A stretch of DNA of 64,000 bases from Lepidodermella squamata (taxonomy: Eukaryota; Animalia; Gastrotricha), in the NCBI GenBank assembly GCA_047495785.1, contig JBLDXI010000054.1:3906001-3970000 (forward strand), read 5' to 3'. The notes beneath the pieces were generated by a model. That model searched no databases. It was not told the DNA's origin and was given only the letters and a program-made list of their open reading frames with translations. Below, in pieces: positions 51,833 through 64,000 of this stretch (the first letter of the stretch is position 1; each line of letters opens with the position of its first letter). The translations under genes were made by a program, and so were the position numbers.

Positions 51833-54291
51833 ATGGACCAAAATGGCTCCGTCGGCATCAGTTTTCAGGAATTCGAGCAGTTGCAGCAGCAAATCGTTAC
51901 CTTGCGAACTGAAAATTATGACCTTCAGACCAAAACCGGAAAATATGCTAAAGGTGACACTTCGAAGCCATAAATTGTTGAAATCACGTCCTTTATATAT
52001 CATCGTTTACAGAATTATACGATTTGAACAAAAAATTGGAAACACTGAATGCCGAAAATCAGCGACTTAATAAAGTTGTTTCACGTGATAAAAACGCTAA
52101 CACCATCGAGAAGCTGATGAAAGAAAACGAGCGCCTACAGCAGCAAGAGACCGATTTTCAGTTGCAATGCCAGACTTTGATGAGAGAAATTAATCAGGTT
52201 TGAATGATTCTTTCTCCGAGTTTAAATCTTTTATGGTCATTCTAATAGCTTTCAACCGATAAAGAGTGTTTGGCTCAGAGTGTGGAACAATATCGGCAAG
52301 TGATCAACGATATGACCATATCGCCTGACGAGCTGGAATCTATGCGAGGAGAGTTGACTTCACTTCGTGAAGAAAACAATCGACTGCGGAGTTCATCAGT
52401 GCAACGTCAGATTTCAGTGACTACCGATAACTCCAATAGCGAGCAAACGGAACCGATAAACGGTGACATAAGAGCGAACAGTGCTTCGTTAGACAGCGCT
52501 CTCTCATCGACCCCAAACAGTTCTAATGACGCGGCAATGTTGGATTTGAAAATGCAACTTGCAAGCATGCAAAATGAAAGAAAAATTATGAGGGCGGAGC
52601 TGGAGGAGGCTAAAAAACAAGTTCAAGCTCTGCAAACGTTGAATGATACTACCACCAACGCTGTTGACGAGAAAACCAAGGTAGTAACCAACCTCACTGC
52701 GGAAAAAGAAGCTCTTTCTTCGGAGTGTGCCTCCTTGAAGGAGAAAACCGCTATGCTAGCCGATTTCCAAACCAAATTCGAAGCTGCTGAAGTTGAAATA
52801 CGAAATTTGGAGGAAAAGATTCGGAAATACGAAGCCGAAAAAGAAGACTTGATTGCGAAGCATCTTGTCCAAGTAGAAGGATTTGAGGCTGAAATTTCCA
52901 CTTGGATGAGTAAATTTAGCCATGCGTCTTCTGAAGTTGAGCGGCTTACACTTGAACTAGAAGATGCAAAACGTCAGTTTGACTCATCGAGTGCTGAACA
53001 AGAAACTACCAGCCTTGCGCTGCAAAGTGAGCGCGATCGAGCCATTCAATTGCAAACTACTATCGACGAGCAGACTTCGAAAATGGCTGATTTTGAAAAA
53101 CAGTTCGCCGAGGCTACGCAACAAATCGAAGCGTTAATATCTACAACAGAGGATATGGAGTCGCAAATTGCTGAGTTGAATTCTAATGTTGAGTTATCTC
53201 GGCAAGAATGTGAAGAGCTGCGAAATCAGATATCGGCTAAAGAAGAGGAAATCAGCCGGTTAATTGAAGAATCAACGCAAAGTCAAAGTCAATCAGAGAA
53301 AGACAGGCGAGATCTAGAAGAAGAGCAAGGCAAGTCATCGGCTTTGCTGTCCGAATTGACCGAACTTCGCAGTCAGAAAGAGGCAGATTTGGATGAGCTG
53401 CGGAAAGAAATTCAATTGATTCGCCAAAATGCTCAGGAAGAAGTGCTGACTAATCGGCGAAAAGACGCAGCGAAGGTGAAAGATTTGCAGAGGCAGTTGA
53501 AAAATGAAAAGCGGCGCGTTGAGCAGCTGCAAGAGCGGCTTGAGCAGTTGTTCCAGCAAAATTCATCGCTGAATCCGATGGAGAGCTCGCCGAACCAGCA
53601 TCACCACCACCCAGAGTGGAATGATCGAAAATCGGTGGACCATGATTTCGAAACTTCTTCTGTATCTTCATTCTCAATTTCGGGTATCAAACACGCGATA
53701 TCGAAAACGCTGTCTTCAACTGGCAATCCGGCCCTGACGAGCACGCCATCGTCACATCTCGCCGCTCCAGCTTCGCCATCGACGAACGAAATGATTTCAG
53801 ATTTGGCTGGTCAAATTCAGAAATTGAACCTGGAAAACGACCGGTTGCGCGAGAAAATCAGCTACCTCGAATCGACGAACGCATCAATGGTCAATGACAT
53901 CATCAACAAGCAGAAACTCATCGATCACTACTTGATGGCCGAGCGCCCATCTTCAGGTGTGTCGCCCTCGGTGTCGCTTAATGGCGGTTTCGGATCGAGC
54001 GGTAATGGAATGACTGGCAGGGCGAGTTTTAGTAAGACTGATTCACCTGCACCGGTTTTAGCCTTCAAAAACTTCATCGAAAAGGTGTCGTCTCATAACA
54101 ATGCCCAGGGCATGGCCGGCTCGCAGTCGATCGAGGAGACCAAACGACTACGGCGGGCTATGGAGGAAATCTTGACCAAAAATATGAGCCTCGAAGCAAA
54201 TTTGCAGCACTTGAGTGAAGAAAACGCGCGGTTACGGGCGAACAATGAGCGCACTTCCGAAACTAGTACGGCTTCCACTATAACCCATTGA
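51833..54291 (+). CDS. GRIPAP1: GRIP1-associated protein 1 (long coiled coil)
   Basis: N-terminus SFQEFEQLQQQIVTLRTENYDL, QETDFQLQCQTLMRE, KVKDLQRQL, EKISYLE..DIINKQKLI, MEEILTKNM; two introns. Confidence 0.85.
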
Positions 54292-55812
54292 TATTACTTC
54301 CGACGCTTCCTCTCTTGCTTTAATACTAAAATGATCAAACCCCATGTGAAGCTGACGAAATGTTGATTGTCAGCTAAGTTTTTGTTTGTTCCAGAACAGT
54401 ATTTTTTCGCCGAGTCACGCTTTCGAGTACAATTGATGTTTTTGTTTCAAATTTCTGTGATCAAATTTGTTTGTTGCGCGGTAGTCGGGTGAAAATCGTG
54501 CATTCGTTGAACAATATGCGGTGTTTCTAGTTGATATATATATATCTCTCTCTCGCGTTGTGTCTATGGAATTATACCTATAGCAAGAATTCGACTTTCA
54601 ACAGTTCTCTCGTACCGCAGCCAAATTGTGTAAATTATTAATTTCACCGTCATGCTTATATAGTTCGAAACATGTTTTTGTGGTTGCGGCTTATAAATTT
54701 ATGTTATTTGCATGTAACCTTGTGCAATCGTAATTCAGTGAAGGCATGATTGCTACTTATTATCGGTTAACTGAGGATGACCAACGTCATCGCTGCTCGA
54801 GCTGCTATTCACATGAATCGTAATTTGCTAATTTTTTGATTATTTTAATTGAATAAATGAAATTGTTCATTCCATAATTGAATGAAGCCTGATTTTGTAA
54901 ACAGTTTTTAAAATACTGCTGGCTAGCTTTTGTTCAACTGATCGAGTATGTCATAGACAGCCGAGTAGAGTAGCTGTAGAAAGTTAGCTAATCTTAATAC
55001 TCTTTAAAACAAGGCGGGGACTTGAAAACCCATCACCCACCTTGGACACAAATCGAATTCCAAGATGATTGTGGCAAAGACCCGCTCGAAATCGTCATGA
55101 GGAATTTATTGAACGTATTTGGCCAATAATATCGAATTAATAATTGATAATTAATAATAATATCGGAGGAGAAGAGCCGAATCCGCACAAGTAAAATGAT
55201 GCCAGGAAAGGTTTATTCCTTTCGCTCACTCGATCAACCGGAATCGATCTGAATCGCGCCTGTTACATTGACATGACTAGTTCGTAAAAGTTACGTAAAG
55301 TTCGTTGCCGTTAGGACAGTAAAGGACTGTGGCCTTAGACGGCGGGGACTTACACAGCGCAAACAAATTCGGGTCACAGGTCCCTGATCTGTGATTCGCG
55401 TGTCGTCTGCGAACGATAAACCATGGTTGCGCCATCAAATTTTTTCACTTTTGTGAATTTTTTCAAGTTTCAATCATTTCCTTGCAGCATGGAAAGATGA
55501 GATAGCGAGTTACCTGAGAACTGTGATTCTAAGGCCATCAGACTTGCGAGCCTGGTAGGTATTTGGCTAAATTCTTGCTGAATACCTGTGTTTATTTGAC
55601 CCTGATCCCTGATGTCCTTATCCTGCTCAGATTAACAAGTCTGCTGGGAGCTAGGGAAAGTTTACAATGGCGTCTACAAAGGTGAGATGGCAATCCATTG
55701 GAATGCTTTAGATATTGATTCTGGTTTGAAGAGGAGTGCAGTTTTGACGAACGATGGGCGTAGGTGCCTGAACGAAATATGTTCTCGGCTTGAGAATCCA
55801 TCTTTCAGCGTT

Positions 55813-56550
55813 AATGAAGGCATGTCCAGGCATGTCCAGCTATGATGTATGCCTGCGAGTCATGGAATATTACGGAAGACGACGGAAGTACACTAAATAC
55901 CCAAGAATATAAGTGGCTGCGATGCATTTTAGGAATTACAGTAATGGACTATATTCCCAACATCGATATCAGACTATCAATGTGTGGCGGAATAATCGAA
56001 GTCGGTAGATTAATTGAAAAACAACGGCTTAATTACCTAGGACATATAATAAGGATGGAAACGTATGTCGATGATAAGGGTGACCCGATACCACCGGGGC
56101 CAGTATACGACCTTTACAGGTGGGTAGCGCCTAAGGAATGGCAGAGACCGGTGGGGAGACCTCGAACTAGGTGGCTGGATTCGGTAGAAAGAAGTCTGAG
56201 AAGAGTGGGTCTTACAACCGAAAATATAATAAGGAAAAAAACTGACGGGTCCCGTGGCAGACCTCGTAAAGATGGTAGCAATATAACCGAAATTATCGAA
56301 ATAACTGTTGACTGGACATTGACCGAAACAACTGCACTAGATCGAGACGAATGGCGTAAAATTGTCGAGACTTTGGAAAATTTTGAATTTTACAACAAAA
56401 GCAAGATACTTTCGGACGTGGGGGCGGGTGACTGATTCGTTTGGTTTGCTTTGCCTTCGCCTTCCTCAAAACCCGAAAGGGTATAGACACTCAGTCGCGG
56501 GGAAGAGAAACAAATAAATCATTTTCAATCATTTTCAATGAAGGCATGTC
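55813..56550 (+). mobile_element. 5'-truncated RTE-clade non-LTR retrotransposon with 14-bp target-site duplication
   Basis: ORF 55842-56435 YACESW..WLRCILGI..RLNYLGHIIRM..RPVGRPRTRW..ALDRDEWR; TSD aatgaaggcatgtc at 55813-55826 and 56537-56550; short tandem (aatcattttc) tail. Confidence 0.9.
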
Positions 56551-57997
56551 TGAGGCATACCCGGTAATTTAGGTGAATGATGAATTGAGATTCAACGGGT
56601 TTAAAGTCAACAAGTTGTTTCCAGATTCCAGAATATCCACAGAAGTCACACGAAGATCCACTTCGAGCAGGTCCCGAGGAGCTTCAGCTACAGTCATCAG
56701 CGAACAGACCTTGAGCTTTCACTTTGGGATGCTACTCTCGTTATGTTGAGGGAAAGCAGAAGGTGCCTTTCAATTCAATTTCACAGAACTGTTGGAACTC
56801 GCCGGATAGCTTGGAACTTTGGGAGGATGGAGGAATTTGTACTACGGCAAATATTTATTTAGTCAGGTTTCTATTTCTTGAATTTAGTTATAAAAGATAA
56901 ATTTAAATTATTTTTCTAAGTTTATGATTATATTTTGTTTATTTTGGTTACCTGTAACGACGTTTACTATTTGCGACCTATAATCGGGTCATTGATTGAA
57001 AGTTCCGATTTTCTAATGCGTTCAGAGTGCATCCTTCTTTTCGATCCATGCAATTTATGCTCCCATTTTGTTACGTTGAGCCATTCATTGTGCTATATTG
57101 CTATCCTCTTTAGCTATGAAGAATGAAGAACGTGACCTAAAGTGCTCAAAATGTCTCAACTTTTTACATTGCTCCAAAACAATGAGCAACTCCAAGGAGT
57201 CAGGCCCAGTCACGAACATTTATTGGATTAAACGGCTACCGAGAGTAAAAGCATTCTATTTAAGTAGATGGCGCCACAAGATTGACCTCTTCCGAATTCC
57301 GAAAAATAGTAGCAATTAGCATCTAACATTTAACGGGTGGAAGCACTGTACTTGCTTATACTATTTTGCTTGCGTCGTTGAAGGCGAGGGATGTTTTGCT
57401 TGAGTCTTGGGTGCGGTTGTTTTTTATTTTCTAGAGAAAAACTGTCCAGCTTTTACTACAGCTTTTATTCAGTCTTCAGTCTTTTAAATAATGTTTTTGC
57501 TGACTCCACAGCGATGCCAATTTGGTAAAGATGTATTTGGGTCCTGGCTCCATCGGGTACCTAAACATGTTGATAGTCCGCATAAATATTAACTTTATTG
57601 GATTATCCATGCTCCATCTCCATTCTACAGTCTAGAGTACGTGATAGAGTACGCTTATCGTGATACAGGTCATCGACGTGCGCTTTACAGGCACGCTTCC
57701 TTTGTAGACGAAGCAGCTTCTTGTTCGAGTTATTAGCTGTGCCAGGTCGTTTGGAAGACACATTAATGCATCTTGTATTATCAATTCAATTAAATTCTGC
57801 AATACTTGATCGCTGCTGCCCGCGGCTTTTGAAAACGCAGATACCCGTTACCGATTATCCAAGAATCGATTTAGAACAATCAACAATCCAATATATTTAC
57901 TGTTTTATCTGCCGTATTTTAGGTCTAGATGATTAGTTATCAGGATGTAGGATAGTGAGATTTATTACTGCATTGTCAATCTCATTGCTGCTTGGAT

Positions 57998-60900
57998 ATG
58001 GCAAAGGGAGAACAGTCTAATGGAAATAAATCTCCTTCGAAAAGTGGCAATGCTGAACCATTTAAAGCACCCCCAGCTCACCGACGGGTTAATGGTTTCG
58101 AATTCCCTCCTCATGGGTTCCAGATTGGCGCAGTTGTGGCAAATGTTTGGTCAGCATTTTTTTATTATTCGCTACATGTTATGGCGCTATACGGTTGGCT
58201 TCAATATTTCTTCATCGCAGTCTTTTCTGCCGCAATTCTAGTCCATGTAATATTCTTTCTGGCTGCGACAGCTGTCGACCCAGCTGACCCAAACGTGAAA
58301 GCTAAATCAAAAAATGCTGTGCTGCCTGCTTTCGATAGAGCCAAGCATAAACATGTCATCGAAAACCTAACCTGTGCTATTTGCGAGGTCAAAGTTGGCT
58401 TGAAATCGAAGCATTGCAGTGCCTGCAACAAATGCGTTTGGAATTTCGACCATCATTGTAAGTCGTTTGTTTGCGATCATGAAATAGCCTATATTGTCAT
58501 TTATGCTATAGGCCCATGGCTGAATAACTGTGTGGGCGGAGCAAATTACCGGTTTTTTGTGACAACAGTTGTAGCTGCTGATTTCGGTCTTGTACTCCTG
58601 TTCGGGTTGTCGTTAGCACAATTGATAACATATTTTACCGATGCTGACAATGGAGCTTTCCTGAAACCCTATAATGGTTTGCTGAAAATGTGTATGACAT
58701 GTGGATTAGCTGACGTGATATTTTTCAGAACAATTAGCCTATCGTTCTGCATGGGAAGCGGCGCGAGTATCTTCCTTGTCGACAACTTCCTCCACAGATT
58801 TCAGCGGAACATCTAATTGGAATACCACGAATAGCTCTTACCCAGCATTCGATAGCCCTTCAGCTAAATTCACTATTCTCGGGGCTATCGTTCCTAATTA
58901 CGTATGGCTCATCTTCGTCTGCATAGATATATTACTGGCAATGGCTGGTATCGGACTGCTCACTCATTTACTCGTCTTTCATTGTTATCTCGGTAAGACA
59001 ATTATTAGAGATCATTTTTCCGTAAAGTTGAACTTAATTTCGGATATTTTTCTTTGAAAGTTTCCCGCTAAAAGCTTTGTCATTATGCCGAGTGTTCATT
59101 TTCAATCGATGCAAAACCCCGACTTGTCTTGATGTGCTTGGCAGGTACACAGGCGGCGGGGTTAGTGCGCAGGTCGATTCGCTTTTACGATAATGAATAC
59201 TCACAGCGATTATTGACCGAGTTTTCGCAGTCCTTACACATTTCCGCTTAGTTGGCATGCTCTAAAAGCCTTCAACTTGTGCGATGCCGCGCATACCTAC
59301 GTGCGCTGAGATGTGCAATAATCATTATCCATCAGACATCACGGTTAATGCGTAGCGTAATATTTATTAATTTGCTCGGGTAGGTCTGTAGTGTGAAATT
59401 GCCTATGTTGTCTGATGAGGATAAGTGAGCTAGAAAAACGGTAACACGTAGTCTGCGTCAAGCGGCGGTGAAATTATTATATTATTACTATGGCAGATCT
59501 CGTTTTCAGGATACCTATGTGTAATAAGTAGCAAATCTAAGCGCTGACACTTGGCATTCATCCCGCAAAATCTACGTGTAGGCGCGGTTTTTTAACTACA
59601 CAGCGATCGATGATGCATTCATAAACGCGTTTTAATATTACGGCGGCTTCATGCCCTACTGGCGAGCTCCCGCGCAAACAAAAACAAGCATGAAAGTTGA
59701 ATGAAAACAATAAAAACAGTAAAAATAGCAAGAATAAGTAATGAAGTGTGTTTCCCAACCCAACGGCGATTTAACGCTCGAGATGATGGCCAATGTATAT
59801 TGATATGTAAAAAAGTAGTGTAATGCCTACTATAAGGTGCTAATTTCCTGCTTAGTTCACTTCGGGGGACAGAGAAACACTTGAGACTTCTCAATGAAGG
59901 TTTAATTATGACGGATTACGAGTGCACTAGACGGTTGGATTGATTTCTTTTTTTTTACTATGAACAGCCTCGCATCACCTGAGCACGTATGATTACATCA
60001 TGCTGCAGCAACAGCCGAGTGCCATGGCCGTCGACGACAGCGTCAGCGTTGCGGAAGAAGGTCAGTGTAGCGGCCGAAATGAAGACAGCTACGGCAGCTA
60101 CCCACCCGCTAAAACCAACAGCGGCGCACGGCATTTGTCACCCGGAAATGGGTCTGACAGCCTTAAAAGCGCTAAAACAACCGGGTGTTCTGCATTAGGC
60201 GGTCAGAAACGATCGTCAAGAGTCGATGCGCTGAAAACTTCTGCTGATAATGATTCAATTTCGACCGTGAGTGCCCGCGTGCTAACCGACAGCGGGCGTT
60301 ACACCGGTGTCGATAATGCCGGAAATCCGCTGAGTTACCGAGGCGGGGTGCATCTGGCGCCTATGAGTAGTACGGGGCAAATGGGCCCGCCGCTGAGTTC
60401 ACGAAGTCCGCGGCAACGGCGCCGGCGCACCCGGAAAAACGGCGCAGATGAAGGCCTGCCGAACGACCCTGACTACCAGCAGCAACTGACTGAGATGAGA
60501 TCCACATTCCCACCCCCGGCAAATAACGTGCCTGGCCTCGACGACCGGCTGTTCAACGGCCGGCAAACGACGGGCCTGATCCGCGACGATGACAAGGACT
60601 ATTCGAGCCCTCCCATCGGCGTGTCACCCTTGCCATTGCCGCCTGGCAGCCCAACCCCGTTGGCCACTGCCCACCACGTCCAGCCGCTGAATGCGTCGTC
60701 GTCGGTTTGGCGGACAACAGACCGTTCTAACATGCTGGAGACTGATAGCCGCATGTTTGGCGACATGAATTCGCAGAGCATGAACAACAACTCGAACAAC
60801 CCGAAACTCGGCCTGCCGCCGATGGGCATCTCCAAGCTTCAGTTGCCGCTGTCAAGCGCGACCAGCTACGCCATCGGCACCAACCCACTTCTCGCCGCAA

Positions 60901-61139
60901 GTTTCGAGTCCAATTTCTCGCAGTTCAGCTTGAGATCAGCGGCGCCGTTTGATAACAACGCGAACATTCTGGCGGCCAAGTTCGGCAATCACACGAGTTA
61001 CGTGACCGGGCAGGGCGCGTTGAACGGCAAGTCGGGCTTCGTGGCGCCTCATTTAACTGTAGCGGGCGGCGGCGACCAGCTGCAGAGTGATTACTTGATT
61101 CCTCGACTTTCGCTCTCTCACTCATCGTTTGCGAACTGA
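57998..61139 (+). CDS. DHHC palmitoyltransferase, ZDHHC1/11 group
   Basis: RRVNGFEFPPHGFQI, DPAD, FDRAKHKHVIEN, KHCSACNKCVWNFDHH|CPWLNNCVG, FHCYL|ASHHLSTYDYI; long disordered C-terminal exon; ~975-nt last intron. Confidence 0.9.
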
Positions 61140-61841
61140 TTCTTCTTCAATCTTCTTCTTCTATCATCAAATAATAACGTAAAGAGCCAAAATTTATGGC
61201 ATAATCATAATTGCCTTTCTGTGAGATTTTCTAGTTGTTTTCAAGCGCGTATCGATGCTTGTTGCTGTTTCTTTCGGGTTGTTTTCTCAATCTTTCTCTT
61301 TATTGTTTACGTGTTTACGCCTGCGAGCGAAATCAGCGCGCTTACGGAACAAACACGATGACCGGCGGCTTCATTTCTCTATACAATATTTGCCCCATTT
61401 TGTTTGACAAACGCTGCGAGGTGTCTATCACGTATCGCGCGCGGAAACAGGAAGCGCCGCTAACACTACCTATATACTATCGCGTCTAACAGCTCGAAAC
61501 GCGGAAGTTCGAACAGTTCACAACGCAACAAGGCACCAACGTTCGATTTTTTTATTGCTGATTCATTTTATGAAATTTGACCGCATTTTTAACCTTTTCG
61601 CGTGAAGAAAAAATATTACGAAAAAATGCTGTAATTATCAAAATATCACCCTTATATCATACAAGTATTACAGATATTTATGTTTTTAGTACCTTTCGTC
61701 GAAGTGCCAGCTGCTTGAGAAGTATAATGATCGAAATGTTTTATTGAGAAAAAAAATCGAGACTTTCTATGATTTTCTAATTTATTATTAATTTTGCCAA
61801 AAGAAATGGTTGATTTCGGTTTTGTTAATAAAACTGTGAAA

Positions 61842-62845
61842 TTAAAATGGGTCGTCTTCGAGTTCGTAAGGGTCCATGACTTTTCTTTCAGCCACGAAAA
61901 GGCCTCTGATGACCCCATCGATGGGTTGATGAGCCAAATACAGGATCGTATCAGCGCCTTTTTCAGGAGAGACTCCGATGCCTGGGCAACAAGCGTTGAC
62001 GTGAACATTTTTGCAGTATTTTTCTTCATTGAATTCGCGCTGAAATATCTGAGCCAGCAGGTTGATGCCAAGCTTAGCCATTCCGAAACCGTAAATATCG
62101 CCCAGGAAATAGTCGTTGGCAACTATTTTAACGGCTGAGTCGGCCAACCAGTCATTTTCAAGCTCAGGTAAACCAGCATCGAGGAGGGATTTTTCGAATT
62201 GTAGGACATCCTCCAAGCTCAAGCAACCCTTCAAGGTCTCCTGAACAGCTGGTCTGGAGTTCATGAATGCGAGCTGGGCAAAGCGGCTGGAAACCATGAT
62301 AACTAAACATTTCGGAAAAAAAATTAAGGCATCGCTTTGCAATGAGAAAAATGTGTACCCTTGGAGTCATCACCCATTAAAGGGAACAACTCCGTGCAGA
62401 AAGTTGCCGTGTCCACAAAGTTTCGCTGGATAGCGTCGCGAAATGACTGCCGATCGAAGCAAAACGGTTCTTTGGCACTCGGCCGCGGCCAAGTTTCGTC
62501 GTCATAGTTGTTAACGATTAGCGTTGAAATGACACGCGTGTGTTCTCGCTGAATTAGCTCGCGCAGGTGCCAGATTGATTCGAAAGAGGAGATGTCAAGC
62601 TGGCAAAATCGAACCCTATCGCCATAGGCTGATCTCAAAACTTCAACCGAATCAGCGCCAGCTTCGCTACGGCTGGTCAGGAAGACTACACAATTCTCAA
62701 GCTGCTTGAGGATCGACTCTGCTACAGCATAACTGTTTTGAAGTGAAAATTAACCTCGATCGGTATAGATCAACAGGCTATTAATTTACCCAACGCTGCC
62801 TGAGATAGCAGCTTCGGTGATCACAGCAACAGACCCTTCTTCCAT
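61842..62845 (-). CDS. Carbonyl reductase (CBR1-like) paralog with degenerate catalytic motifs
   Basis: FLTSR, FCQLDI, ELFPLM, MVSS, VNACCPG, SPEKGADTILYLA are CBR1-like; TGxxxGxG, NNAG and YxxxK are altered; two introns. Confidence 0.85.
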
Positions 62846-63000
62846 TTTTCGGATTTCGAAATAACTTTTTTATCGAAATTTCTAATTAGACATCAGTCTC
62901 GTCATGACAAATTCATGACGCAATTGCTCGATTTTAAGACGCATGAGATTTGCTGTGTTGCTAAACCATACTCAACAATGCTTCGCAAAACGCGTTATGG

Positions 63001-63010
63001 GTATAAAAGC
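63001..63010 (+). promoter_or_regulatory. TATA box candidate for the CBR-like gene
   Basis: gTATAAAAgc about 90 nt upstream of ATG 63092. Confidence 0.5.
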
Positions 63011-63091
63011 TATGGTTTGACGATTCCAGTTCATCAACCTCTCAAGCCATTTCTAAATATCTTTCTCATTTAATAGAATTCGATCAGCAAA

Positions 63092-64000
63092 ATGGAGGTT
63101 CATATTTTAGCCTAATTTCTAAGTAACAATTTGCCTAAATCCATTTTCTATCCACAGACAATGCAAAAGATTATGCACCCCGCATCCCTGTTCCAAGGGG
63201 AGCGAGTCGTAGTCGTTACTGGCGCTGACAAGGGCATCGGCTACGCTGTCGTTAAGGGCATGCTCAAGTCGAACCCGAACTGGACCGTCTACCTGACTTC
63301 TCGCGATATCAACCGAGGCCAGGCGGCAGTGAAGCGCGTGCACGACGAAATTACTCTGACGGCCAAGTACCACCAGCTCGACATTGATGACTTGGACAGC
63401 ATTCGCCGATTCCGCGACCACATCCGCGAGAACCACAAGAACGGCATCCACATCCTGGTTAACAACGCCGGAATCTACCCTGACGTTCATTCTCACGAGT
63501 CGTCGTCCAAGTCGTCGTCTGGCCTGTCGTCGTCGACGAAGAGCGAGTCGATGCGCCAAACCGAGGGCCACGCCGAGCAGGAGGTGCGCGAAGCCGGCTC
63601 GGAGACTGGTGGCAGCCGTCGTGTCGAAGAAGAACGCGGCGAGCGGCGTTCTGAGGGCCTGCGCAGCGAGGACGTGAAAGGCGAGCGTCGCAGCGAGAAA
63701 GAAGGCGACAAGAAGAAGGAAGAGGTGAAGTTCCGCTACGACCGCGAAGCCTTCAAGGCCATCATCAAGAACAACTACTTCAGCACGCTGCAGGTGTGCC
63801 AGGAGCTGTTCCCGCTGCTCGGTGACAACTCGAGCGTCATCTTCGTCGGCTCCCGCATGGCCAACTTGGCTTTCATGTCGACCAAGGAGGACAAGCAGAT
63901 GCTGCTCCGCGGTTGTACCCGCGTCGAAGACTGCTCTAAGGTAGGTTAAATTATATCTGATCTGTTTCAATGACTATCATATTTTTCCAGCTTATGGAGC
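63092..64000 (+). CDS. Carbonyl reductase (CBR1-like) SDR with a large charged insertion, 5' part (runs off window end)
   Basis: ME|TMQK..VVTGADKGIG..YLTSRD..YHQLDIDDLDSI..LVNNAGI..NYFSTLQVCQELFPLL; introns at 63098-63157 and ~63941-63990. Confidence 0.9.

Noticed and set aside
63119-63970. 283-aa antisense ORF over the CBR-like gene
   Set aside because: Shadow of strongly biased codon usage on the sense strand; no protein-like features.
1-64000. Prokaryotic systems (CRISPR, defence islands), tRNA/rRNA genes, or an alternative genetic code
   Set aside because: The sequence is spliced eukaryotic DNA; no such arrays or RNA genes were seen; TAA, TAG and TGA all act as normal stops in conserved genes.

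Overview
Gene-dense window from a compact metazoan genome; the species cannot be identified from the sequence. Most introns are about 45-65 nt and many intergenic gaps are 40-400 bp. I assembled about 27 spliced genes by hand. In order: SMPD3-like (partial), CZIB, UQCRH, ALKBH7, ARPC5, PIGU, a GT91/GH130-like beta-mannosyltransferase, a divergent Cys-loop receptor subunit, a secreted 5x sushi/CCP protein, a single-pass membrane protein interrupted by an in-frame TGA, an orphan ORF, an RDH-type SDR, an orphan GPCR, PSMD5, Rab32/38, ARL8, a ~7.9 kb non-coding block followed by a plexin, a truncated Skp1 paralog, an ankyrin protein, two divergent Eps8-like paralogs, two ACY1 paralogs, GRIPAP1, a 5'-truncated RTE LINE with target-site duplication, ZDHHC1/11, and a head-to-head carbonyl-reductase pair. 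Main points of interest: (1) operon-like co-directional clusters with unpaired splice acceptors just before start codons, suggesting SL trans-splicing; (2) a tightly linked membrane protein + CCP protein + Cys-loop receptor trio reminiscent of the nematode LEV-10/LEV-9/AChR clustering system; (3) a fungal-BMT-like glycosyltransferase in an animal; (4) probable pseudoenzyme and truncated paralogs. Family calls come from recalled motifs, not database searches.
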